From Opitutaceae bacterium (GTDB lineage Bacteria > Verrucomicrobiota > Verrucomicrobiia > Opitutales > Coraliomargaritaceae): 64,000 nt of DNA. A program made the position numbers and the translations under genes. Within the stretch, counting starts at the first letter, position 1; every line of letters starts with the position of its first letter. Shown one piece after another: positions 30,754-40,600 of the stretch. The notes under the pieces are model-generated. The model saw nothing but the letters and a program-made list of their open reading frames with translations. It searched no databases and was not told where the DNA came from. The stretch spans positions 426,259 through 490,258 of the forward strand of contig JBPOFY010000003.1 in the NCBI GenBank assembly GCA_051252375.1, given 5' to 3'.

Positions 30754-32817
30754 ATGAGTCGTGGAATTAGCATTGAGAGGCGTTACTTAGTGAGCGCTCT
30801 TTGCGTGGTCGCAGTATTGGCTATCGGGTTCTGGGCGTTTTTTTTAGATGAAGTGCCTTCCACACTCGACGGGAGTCGAAGTTTGAGAGTCTATCAGATT
30901 CCTCAGGAGATCGATGCACTTGAGGAAGAAGCTGATGTGCTTCACGCGGAGATCGAAAAACTGCCGAGTATTGAGAAGACACTGCAATTCGATCAATATG
31001 GCTATCACGGCGGCTACCTTCCTCAGCTGGATGAGCTTCCGGGTGAACCTCGCTGGACGGTGGATGTGCGATTCCTAAAAGGTGCAAAAATGAAGCAAGT
31101 GATCTTGGTTCCAGCCATGGATCGCCGTTTCGATGAACGAAGTAGCTATGGTTTTCCTCTACGCTTTCGAATTTCTAAAATATTTCAGGATGGCTCCACT
31201 GAAGTGATCGACGAGTGGTTGGACCAAGACTGCCCGAATCCCGGGCGGATGCCCATGATTATCGATGTTGCTGAAGAATGGCCCCGGGGCTTTCGGATCG
31301 AAGTATTCAAGGGTGCCGTCGAGGGGGAGCGTGAGCTATTTGCCCTTGATGAGGCATATGGGATTACATCCAAAGGTGAGATCACAAATGCTGAATCGGT
31401 TAATGTGAGCTCTAGTTTCGAATCATTGCCATATTGGCATGAGGATTACTTAACGGATCAAAAGACGAGTCTCGGGTTGCCTTTGGGGGGCGTAGAGGGC
31501 GACAGTGTTTCTGCTCTATCGACAGAATTTAATGCCGTATTCGATCAGGCATCAACCGAGCGCTTGAGTATTGAATTCGATCTCGGGGAAAACAAAGAGC
31601 TGGGATGGCTGTCTCTTTACCCCGCTTCGATCCAGAATGGTATTCTCATTCCCGGCTTTGGGTTTCCCGGTGGAATTGAAGTGTTAGTTTACCGAGAGGA
31701 TAAAGCTGGGAAACCAGTTCCGCAAAGACTGAATCGTCTGCTGAAATACGAAAATTTAAGGCCTGCGCATAATCTTCTGCGACTACCTTTGTATAGTTTG
31801 AATGCTCGTTGGATTCGGGTTCATTTTAGTGATTTTCCTTCATCAGGAGATCAGAGTTACTTCTCGATGGGTGAGGCAATGATCTCGTTTAAGAATGTGC
31901 CTTATCCGATTCAATCTATGCGAATTCTGAATGCGCCAGAGTTCGAAATTAATGGCCTTGAGGCTTTATTTGACGGTCAAGCGGCAGGGCGCCCAGTGAT
32001 GTTTCGCTTGGATTGGATGCAGTTGGTGGAGCAGCGGCGTGCGTTACTGGGTGAGTTAGAAACAGTCGTAACACAGTCGCGGCTACTTCGCGAACATTTG
32101 GACCGAATCTATTGGGTTGCTGGAGTTTCAGCGGTTGCGGTCGTTTTATTGTCAGCGATTACTCTGTCCATGTATTTGATTGTTCAACGGCGGCTAGAGA
32201 GTCGAAAGTTGAGGGAACAGATTACGACTGACTTGCATGATGATATCGGCAGTTCTTTGAGCGCGATTTCATTAAGCCTTCGGGGGATGCGACGCCATGC
32301 CGACAATGACAAACTCCACGAGAGCTGCACTAAGGTCGATTCGATCATCGCTCGCGTGCAGTCATCCTTTCACGACGTGCTTTGGTTCACCAATACCGAT
32401 ACCGACACGCTCGAGCAAATGCTATCCAAGCTGGTGCATGTCGCTGAGGAGAATGTTGGTCGCGATCAGTTGGTCATGGATTGTCCCTCTACTCAGACTG
32501 TCCCAGATCGAAAACTTAAAGTGATGTTTAAAAGAGATCTGCTGCTGATCTACCGCGAAGCAATCAACAATGCGATCAAGCACTCGAAGGCATCTGAAAT
32601 TCGGATCACTTTTCGTTGGACTAAAAACTCATTGACGATCTCGATCGCAGATAACGGCGTGGGCTTTGTTGTCGATGAGGTTGCCAGCCAGCAGGGGAGC
32701 CGTCCGCACTTAGGCTTAGAAAGCTTGAAGCGTCGCGCAAAACGACTCCATGCGACATTCGAGTTGATTTCGTCACCGCAAGACGGTACTCATTTAAGCC
32801 TGACTATTCCCCTATAG
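30754..32817 (+). CDS. Sensor histidine kinase (HisKA_3 type) with large periplasmic domain
   Basis: Two TM segments; DLHDDIGSSLS, EAINNAIKHS, DNGVGF, HLGL. Confidence 0.92.
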   Translation: MSRGISIERRYLVSALCVVAVLAIGFWAFFLDEVPSTLDGSRSLRVYQIPQEIDALEEEADVLHAEIEKLPSIEKTLQFDQYGYHGGYLPQLDELPGEPRWTVDVRFLKGAKMKQVILVPAMDRRFDERSSYGFPLRFRISKIFQDGSTEVIDEWLDQDCPNPGRMPMIIDVAEEWPRGFRIEVFKGAVEGERELFALDEAYGITSKGEITNAESVNVSSSFESLPYWHEDYLTDQKTSLGLPLGGVEGDSVSALSTEFNAVFDQASTERLSIEFDLGENKELGWLSLYPASIQNGILIPGFGFPGGIEVLVYREDKAGKPVPQRLNRLLKYENLRPAHNLLRLPLYSLNARWIRVHFSDFPSSGDQSYFSMGEAMISFKNVPYPIQSMRILNAPEFEINGLEALFDGQAAGRPVMFRLDWMQLVEQRRALLGELETVVTQSRLLREHLDRIYWVAGVSAVAVVLLSAITLSMYLIVQRRLESRKLREQITTDLHDDIGSSLSAISLSLRGMRRHADNDKLHESCTKVDSIIARVQSSFHDVLWFTNTDTDTLEQMLSKLVHVAEENVGRDQLVMDCPSTQTVPDRKLKVMFKRDLLLIYREAINNAIKHSKASEIRITFRWTKNSLTISIADNGVGFVVDEVASQQGSRPHLGLESLKRRAKRLHATFELISSPQDGTHLSLTIPL

Positions 32818-32829
32818 ACGCTTATCCCT

Positions 32830-33483
32830 ATGGCACACTTGAAGCAGATCGATCTTTGGATCATTGAAGATAATCTAGACTACCGCGAGTTACTCGCTGA
32901 AGAGTTGAACATGGATGCGTCGATTCGCTGCTCACAAATCCTCGGTAGTTTCGATGAAGCGCGTGAATTACTAAAGACCGAACCTACGCCTGACTTGGTG
33001 TTGATAGATTTGAATCTACCCGGCACGCATGGCCTGGATGCGATCCGTGAGTTGAAGCAAAAATACCCGATGCTGCTGAGTCTAGTGCTGACGATTTCCG
33101 GCCAACGAAAAACGGTGTTTGAGGCATTACGATCCGGTGCTTCCGGTTATTTACTAAAGAGTGAATCGCTCGAGTCGATTGTCAGAGACATCCATGAGGT
33201 CGTCGAGGGCGGGGTGCCATTGAGTAGCCAGGTGGTGCCCTATGTGCTGGATTCAATCAAAACACCCGCTACGACTGCAGGGGATGAGCTGGCATTGAAT
33301 GAGCGTGAAGTCAAAATTTTGAAGTTATTGGCCGACGGGAAAAGCCGAGCGGATATTGGTATCGAGTTATCGGTCGCTACGGTCACGGTGGATTACCATT
33401 TGCGTGGTCTGTATGCCAAATTGGACGTCCGTTCCACCACCGCGGCGGTAGCTAAAGCCTTCCGCTGCGGGGTATTGAGTTAA
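32830..33483 (+). CDS. NarL/LuxR-family response regulator
   Basis: IIEDN, DLVLIDLNLPG, GASGYLLK, LNEREVKILKLLADG, LYAKLDV. Confidence 0.95.
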   Translation: MAHLKQIDLWIIEDNLDYRELLAEELNMDASIRCSQILGSFDEARELLKTEPTPDLVLIDLNLPGTHGLDAIRELKQKYPMLLSLVLTISGQRKTVFEALRSGASGYLLKSESLESIVRDIHEVVEGGVPLSSQVVPYVLDSIKTPATTAGDELALNEREVKILKLLADGKSRADIGIELSVATVTVDYHLRGLYAKLDVRSTTAAVAKAFRCGVLS

Positions 33484-33490
33484 GCGAAAG

Positions 33491-33549
33491 CTACGTGCCG
33501 AAGGGACTCGGCTACAATATGTTGTAGTCGAAACTACAAGTAATATAGT
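33491..33549. promoter_or_regulatory. Candidate response-regulator binding sites
   Basis: Palindrome CTACAA-tatg-TTGTAG (33512-33527); CTAC recurs at 33491, 33512 and 33534. Confidence 0.5.
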
Positions 33550-33614
33550 TTGATCTCGGGGAGGTGGATTTGTATCAATATCTCTTTTAATTCAGCATCT
33601 GCCCAATTATTACC

Positions 33615-34544
33615 ATGAAGCTTTCCACTTATTCCTACATCCTGCCTGTTCTAGCATGTCTTTCTGCGGCAAACGTCCACGCTGCAACAAGAACGTGGGA
33701 TGGAGGAGTTGGCGGAACCGGCACAGACTATAATGTAGCCGCTAACTGGTCAGGAGATCTTGTGCCTGTAGCAAGTGGTAGTGACATTGCCATTATGGAG
33801 GGTGATGGCACTGGCGAGACGGTGCTTTCTGGTGGTAATGACAATGATGCAAGAGCTTTAAATGTTCGGGGCGGTCACGTTTTTACGATAAATAATGCTG
33901 GTGGCACTCTGACAGTGAGCCAAAACGTCAATGTGGGTCGAGGTTTAGCGGGCAATGGCAATGAGATTAATCACTCGGCGGGTGCTTTCAACATCGGTGG
34001 TCTCGATATGGGAGGCAACACAACTGGGGGCACATCTTCCTACAATCTTTCTGGAACGGCTTCGTTGTCGATCGCTGGTGGATCTGGACGAGACTTTGAT
34101 ATTGGCGGTGATGTTGCTGCCGGAGATTTCGCTACGACTTTCGCAATTACTGGAGATTCCGCTACAGTTACAGTGACAGGCGCTCCTATAGTGCTTCGTT
34201 CCAGTGCCATTATGAGCTTCACGCTCGGCGCGACTGGGATCGATGCGATCGATACCACCGGAACATTGACCATTTCTTCAGGTGCTGATCTGACAATTAT
34301 CGGTTCGTCCTACACGGGCGGCGCAGGCGACATCACTCTATTTGAAGCCGCTTCAATGTCCGGATCGTTCGCATCCGGAGATATCACCGTTACTGGACTC
34401 GGCACAGAAGGTGTCGATTGGAGCTTGAGTCAGGATGCGCTGGGTTCCGGCGATATCGTGCTCACGATCATCCCCGAGCCTGGAGCCTTCGCACTTCTCG
34501 GCGGGCTCTTTGCACTTGCCTCTGTAATGATTCGTCGCCGCTAA
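33615..34544 (+). CDS. PEP-CTERM sorting-domain surface protein
   Basis: Signal peptide; Gly/Thr/Ser-rich beta-type passenger; C-terminal IPEPGAFALLGGLFALASVMIRRR. Confidence 0.93.
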   Translation: MKLSTYSYILPVLACLSAANVHAATRTWDGGVGGTGTDYNVAANWSGDLVPVASGSDIAIMEGDGTGETVLSGGNDNDARALNVRGGHVFTINNAGGTLTVSQNVNVGRGLAGNGNEINHSAGAFNIGGLDMGGNTTGGTSSYNLSGTASLSIAGGSGRDFDIGGDVAAGDFATTFAITGDSATVTVTGAPIVLRSSAIMSFTLGATGIDAIDTTGTLTISSGADLTIIGSSYTGGAGDITLFEAASMSGSFASGDITVTGLGTEGVDWSLSQDALGSGDIVLTIIPEPGAFALLGGLFALASVMIRRR

Positions 34545-34586
34545 AAACTGAAAATGGACGATGCATCCATAAGACACTAATTTACC

Positions 34587-34622
34587 AGTCCGGCGTTCCT
34601 TCGTGAGCGCGGGACTTTTTTT
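34587..34622 (+). terminator. Intrinsic terminator
   Basis: AGTCC-g-GCGTTC / GAGCGC-g-GGACT stem followed by a T run. Confidence 0.7.
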
Positions 34623-34672
34623 CGCCCCATATTATTTCTATTATAAAGTTAACCCAATACCCTAACTAAACT

Positions 34673-37492
34673 ATGAAACACCTAATATATTCATGTGCGC
34701 TACTTGCTGCATGTGCTTTTACGACTAACGTCAACGCCGCCAACAGGACTTGGAATGGTAGCACTGACACCGACTACGATACTCCTGCAAATTGGTCTGG
34801 CACCGATGTGCCTGACGCCGACGACGGTGGTATCTTAACTGGAGGTGGCACTGGTGTGACTTTGCTTTCTGGTGGCAGTACGAATACTGCAAATGCGTTC
34901 AATGTCCGTAACGGCCATATTTTTAATATCGATAATGATGGCGGTGTCTTTAATGTGACCAATAACCTCAATTTGGGTCGAGGCGTCGAAGCGGATGGTT
35001 CTGTGATTAACCAACTGGCAGGCACCGTGAACCTCGGCGGCTTGGATATGAGCGGTAATGTGACCGGTGGCACATCAACTTATACGATCTCGGGCGGTGC
35101 GCTGAATATTGGTAGTGCGGATACTTTGGACGTTGGCGGCGATGGTCTTACTGGAAATGTTGGCGGTGGTAGTGACGTTGCGACCTTCGCGATCGTGGGG
35201 GATACTGCCACGGTGAGTCTCACAAATGACTTGGTGGCACGGGCTAGTTCGGTGTTCAGCTTTGCCCTTGGAGCGACTGGTATTGATGACATTGATACCA
35301 CCGGAAATATTTCAATTGCATCGGGTTCGACGTTGAATGTTGATGGTGCTTCTTACACGGGGGGCGAAGGAACCATTACTTTGTTCACCTACGCGACCAG
35401 TACGGACGCGACGGAGTTCACTGAGAATGTTACGAATTTTGCAGGTTTGGCTGCGGATGTGGTTTATGGTGCAACTAGCATCGACCTCGTCCTGACTTCA
35501 ACGGTTGGTCCTGGAGATCTCGCAATCCTTCTATTCTACGCGGACGATCCTGAAATCAATCCCGGCGAGTCGACAACCTTGAACTGGACCGTTCAGAACG
35601 AGACCACTCTGACACTCGACCAGACTATCGGCGATGTCTTTGGCACGACTTCGATTGTCGTCAGCCCAAGCACCACAACGACCTATACACTGACTGCAGG
35701 TGATGGTGGTGCGAATCCAGATGTCATGGATACGGTTACCGTCACTGTGTTGCCTCAGATTACTTCCTTTACGGCTGACGATACGCTCGTTGGGTCGGGG
35801 GATACAGTTACCTTGGACTGGACAGTTACCAATGCGCCCATCCTGACGCTCAATCCGGGCGCTATCGATGTTTCAGGACTCTTAACGTATGATGTTATGC
35901 CAACTGTGGATACGACCTACGAGCTAGTGGCGTCCAACGGTAGTTCTCCAGATGTAAACGCGACGGTCGACGTCGTGGTGGCTCCGGAGATCATTTCTTT
36001 TACTGCCGATGATATTCAGGTGGGCACTGGTGATTCCGTGACACTGAGTTGGGATGTCGAGAATGAGACCATTTTGACGATCAATCCCGGTGCTATTGTC
36101 GTCACAGGAAATTCGTCGGTGGTGGTGAATCCAACCACATCAACGACCTACACGCTAACTGCGGGCGACGGCACTACAGACGTCGACGCGACGGTTGATG
36201 TCCAAGTTGGCCCCGTCATCAATTCATTTACTGCGAGTGTTTACTACGTCCAATCGGGCGACCCGGTTGATATTGACTGGTCAGTCGAAAATCTCGGAAG
36301 TGGTTCTCCAAGCCTGACCCTGACAACTGATAATGGTGTCGATGCTCCGGTGGTTGATGATGTGATTGGCGATACGCCTCCAAATCAGATCAATCCTACT
36401 GAAAATGCAACCTATACACTGACAGCAGGCGATGGTGTGAATGCTGACGCCATATCATCATTTGAAGTCGTTATCGTTCCTGCCAATCCGGTCATCCCAT
36501 CTGGAGGCCGAGTCATCAGCGTGAATTTCCATGTTGGAAATGATGCTTCGAGTGCAACCCCTGCGCAAGCCGATCATGAACTGACCACTGGGGAAACCGC
36601 TGGATACATTCCTTTGGATGGCTCAGTCTGGAACAATATCAATGTAGGAGATGGCGCTGCTCACAACACCGCAGGTCCAATTTTCGCCTCAACGGCTCTG
36701 ATCGACGATCTGGGTGCCCCAAGCGTTGCGACTCTGGCACCAAGCGTGGACAGCACTTGGTTCGTCGGTTATGCGGCGAGTGCGGCATCGGCGGCAGAAG
36801 AATTGAACCTTCCTGGGAACGATGATGACCTGTTCAATTCCTACTTAGCCTTGAATGGTCCAAACGGTGATGGAACTCCTTTGGACGCTGCAGTTCTCAA
36901 CATCAGTGGCCTCGGTTCCGACTACACCAGCGGTGGTTATACGCTCATCGTCTACAGCGATAGTGATCGCCGTGGGGGTTCCAATGTCAGGCAAAGTCTC
37001 TTTACTCTGACTCCCGATGGCGGAAGCGCCATTGAGGCCTTTGTTGAAGATGATGATGCTGCTCCCGGTATCAATATTTTCGACAATACCTATGTCTTTA
37101 GTGATTATGTCGATGATGGAGCCGACTATTCTAACTTCGTTATATTCGAGGGACTGACCGCTGCGAGTTTCTCCCTTGAAATCAGCTCAGCTGACGGAGG
37201 ACGTGGTGCCATCAGCGGTTTCCAGATCATTGGTAATACGGGCCTTCCTGCTGAACCACTGGTGCTGAATATCGGCACGAATGGCGCGAACCTGGACCTC
37301 GATTGGAACAGTCTTGCCGGTATGTCTTACAATCTGCGTGGCAACGCGACGTTAGGCACGGATCCTTCGACTTGGGGTATTGTTTCTGGACAAGGTGATA
37401 TCGTAGCGACTCCTCCTACGAATACGCTTTCAATCACACGCCCGGTTGATGACAATTTCTTCTACATCATTGAAGAATTCGAGACCCCATAG
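34673..37492 (+). CDS. Large acidic secreted protein: shared passenger domain, four Ig-like repeats, unknown beta domain, C-terminal domain
   Basis: N-terminus homologous to 33615 and 37660; repeats I.SFTA...VTL.W.V.N...PT..TTYTLTA. Confidence 0.85.
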   Translation: MKHLIYSCALLAACAFTTNVNAANRTWNGSTDTDYDTPANWSGTDVPDADDGGILTGGGTGVTLLSGGSTNTANAFNVRNGHIFNIDNDGGVFNVTNNLNLGRGVEADGSVINQLAGTVNLGGLDMSGNVTGGTSTYTISGGALNIGSADTLDVGGDGLTGNVGGGSDVATFAIVGDTATVSLTNDLVARASSVFSFALGATGIDDIDTTGNISIASGSTLNVDGASYTGGEGTITLFTYATSTDATEFTENVTNFAGLAADVVYGATSIDLVLTSTVGPGDLAILLFYADDPEINPGESTTLNWTVQNETTLTLDQTIGDVFGTTSIVVSPSTTTTYTLTAGDGGANPDVMDTVTVTVLPQITSFTADDTLVGSGDTVTLDWTVTNAPILTLNPGAIDVSGLLTYDVMPTVDTTYELVASNGSSPDVNATVDVVVAPEIISFTADDIQVGTGDSVTLSWDVENETILTINPGAIVVTGNSSVVVNPTTSTTYTLTAGDGTTDVDATVDVQVGPVINSFTASVYYVQSGDPVDIDWSVENLGSGSPSLTLTTDNGVDAPVVDDVIGDTPPNQINPTENATYTLTAGDGVNADAISSFEVVIVPANPVIPSGGRVISVNFHVGNDASSATPAQADHELTTGETAGYIPLDGSVWNNINVGDGAAHNTAGPIFASTALIDDLGAPSVATLAPSVDSTWFVGYAASAASAAEELNLPGNDDDLFNSYLALNGPNGDGTPLDAAVLNISGLGSDYTSGGYTLIVYSDSDRRGGSNVRQSLFTLTPDGGSAIEAFVEDDDAAPGINIFDNTYVFSDYVDDGADYSNFVIFEGLTAASFSLEISSADGGRGAISGFQIIGNTGLPAEPLVLNIGTNGANLDLDWNSLAGMSYNLRGNATLGTDPSTWGIVSGQGDIVATPPTNTLSITRPVDDNFFYIIEEFETP
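34964..35082 (+). repeat. 119-bp near-identical direct repeat, copy 1
   Basis: 114/119 identical to 37969-38087 by manual alignment. Confidence 0.9.
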
Positions 37493-37530
37493 TTGAAGTC
37501 AGATTGAGGCTTTGAGTCCTCTTTTTTTAC

Positions 37531-37561
37531 AACAGGTGGAGGCATAGGCTTCCACCTGTTT
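37531..37561 (+). terminator. Intrinsic terminator hairpin
   Basis: AACAGGTGGAGGC-atag-GCTTCCACCTGTT, with T-rich flanks. Confidence 0.75.
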
Positions 37562-37659
37562 GCGTATTTTCTATTCTGTTTTACCCTAATCATTTAACTC
37601 GTCCCTAGACCATTTTTTAGCCGGTAGTTAGTTCACTTACCCGCACCCCTTAGTTTGTT

Positions 37660-40600
37660 ATGAAATCCCATCGGCATTTGCCCCTAAACCTCGGTGTCGC
37701 TTTGAGCTTTCTCGTGCTGACCGCCACAATTTCTCATGCCGCCTCTAGAACATGGGATGGGAGCACCAGCACGGATTACAATGAGACCACGAACTGGTCT
37801 GGGGACGATGTGCCTGACAGTGACGACAGTGGTATCTTGGATGGCGCTGGCACTGGCGAGACTCTGCTTACTGGAGGTATCGACCCGGGCACTGTGAATG
37901 CCTTCAATGTTCGCGGTGGTCATATTTTCAATATCGATAATGATGGCGGCACTTTCAGCGTGAACAACAACCTCAATTTGGGTCGAGGCGTCGAAGCGGA
38001 TGGTTCTGAGATTAACCAACTGGCAGGCGCCGTGAACCTCGGCGGCATGGATATGAGCGGTAATGAAACCGGTGGCACATCAACTTACATGATTTCAGGA
38101 GGTGCGCTGAATATTGGTAGTGCGGACACTTTGGATGTTGGCGGAGATGGTATTGCTGGAAACGTCGGCGGAGGCAGTGACGTTTCGACCTTCGCGATCG
38201 TTGGGGATTCTGCCACGGTGAGTGCCACGTCGAACATATTGGCACGGGCTAGTTCGGTGTTCAGCTTCACGCTAGGTGCGACGGGTATTGATGCTATTGA
38301 TACCACCGGGGTCATCACAATTTCATCGGGAGCGACTTTGACAATCGATGGCTCGTCTTACACGGGCGGATCAGGCACGATTCCTCTCTTTACCTATGGC
38401 TCACGCACGGATGCGACGGAGTTCACTACGGAAAACATTTCCGGATTCGGTAGTTTGGTAGCCGATGTTGTTTACGATACAGATAGCATCGACCTCGTGC
38501 TGACCTCGGCGGGCGCCCTGCAAATCAATTCCTTCACTGCAGATTTCCTCACGGTGAGCTCGGGAGATCCCGTGACTTTGAGCTGGAGTGTGCAGAACGA
38601 GACCAGCCTGACCTTAGACCCTGGTGGTAATGATGTGTTTGGGACGACCTCGATCATTGTTAATCCAACCGCAACCACGACCTACACCCTGACCGCTGGC
38701 GATGGGGGCACCACCGTCATGGACACGATCGAAATCACGGTCACACCCGCGACTCCAGCGAATTCGATCAGCGTCAACTTCCACGCTAACGACACGGATG
38801 CGCTTGTTGACCACCAACTGTCCACTGGAGAGTCGGCGGGTTTGACTCCACTAGACGGCAGTCATTGGAACAATATCAACGTCGGAGGCTCTACGACGAA
38901 TTCTGGTGCAGTGATCTTTGCCGACAATACGCCGCTTACAGACGACATTGGAAACAGCTCGGCGGCCACAATCAGTTCGACACTGACAACCGGCGTTACT
39001 GGCTCTTGGTTTGTCGGCTACGCGAATTCTTCAGCAGCTACTGAAGGAGAGCTGACCAATGGTATTTCAGACGACAACCTTTTCAATTCGTATCTGGCGA
39101 CGAATGTTGCCGATAACTTCATACTGGATGTCTCGGGCCTAGGCCCCGATTTCACCACAGAAGGCTACAGCCTGATTATCTACTCCGATTCGGATCGTCG
39201 CAATGAAAGTTCCGGTTCTCGCCAGAGTCTCTATACCGTCACCCCCAGCGGCGGATCTCCAGTTACTGGATTCGTCGAAGACGACGACGACGCGACGGTC
39301 GTGAACATCTTTGACGGGACTTACATCCTAAGCGATGGAGTCGATGATGGTGCCGACTACTCGAATTACGTGATCATCAGCGGTTTGAATGCCTCGGACT
39401 TTACTATTGAAATTGACTCTCCCGATGGAGGGCGCGGCGCCATCAGTGGTTTCCAGATCATTGCCGGCGACATCGCAGTAGCACCTCCACCTGTCATCAA
39501 TAGCTTTGAGGCTGATGACCACTATGTCCAAACGGGAGATCCGGTGATACTCAGCTGGGATACTTCGAACGCCGATTCGTTGACTCTTGATCCCGGTAAT
39601 ATTGATGTGACTGGGCAGACTCAATACCAGATCAACCCGACTGCGACGGCGACCTACACGCTCACGGCCAGCAATAGTGAGGGTAGTGCGGATACGGACC
39701 TGAAGGTTTCTGTGGGTCCCGAGCGCCCGAATATTTTGCTGTGTCTAGTCGATGACTGGGGGGTGATGGATACCTCCGAGCCTTTTTCTTACGACAGCTA
39801 TACCGATGGTGCTCTAGCGCAGGTTCGGGCTTTTAATACTTTCTATCAAACCCCGAACCTGGAGCAACTGGCGGATGACGGTATGAAGTTCTCGCAAGCC
39901 TATGCATTGCCTGTCTGCAGCCCGACTCGGACTTCTCTGATGACTGGCTTCAACGGACCCCGTCACGGCGTAACCGTTCACCTTAACGCGAACGGCACTT
40001 ACGAAAGACCGAGTGGCTCGAATGTGGCCACCCATCGCAGTGCGAACGGCTGGCGTTATCGTGGCATGGAAGTGACAGATATCACCTTGCCCCGCCTGCT
40101 TTCCGAGCAGGGCTATCGTTCTATTCATGTGGGCAAAGCTCACTTTGGAGCCCGTGGTGATGTGACTGAAGATCCGCGTGAAATCGGGTTTGATATTAAT
40201 TTGGGCGGAAGCGGGGCAGGAGCACCTGGGAGATACATCGGTAATCCTGGCTATTCGAGTGGCAGCAACCCCGTCCCTTATATTGGTGACTATGAAGCGA
40301 ACGGGAAATGGTTAACGGAAGCGCTCACTGAGGCCATGAGTGATGCCATCGGTGATGCGGTAGGGGACGGTGTGCCGTTTTTTGCTTACATGTCCTATTA
40401 TGCGGTGCATTCGCCATTCACTACGAATCCGAATGCAACGGGTGATTACAGCGCTCAAGTTAATGCCAACCACGGGAAGTTCGCCACCATGGTGGAAGGT
40501 GTCGATACATCGTTAGGTCAGCTCCGAGCGCATCTGGAAGCAATGGATCCCGGTGTTGCGGAGAATACACTGATCATCTTCACAGGAGACAACGGCAGCG

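Noticed and set aside
34964..38087. Diversity-generating retroelement TR/VR pair
   Set aside because: Mismatches involve A but not all in one copy, most A positions are invariant, both copies lie in N-terminal coding regions, and no reverse transcriptase is present.
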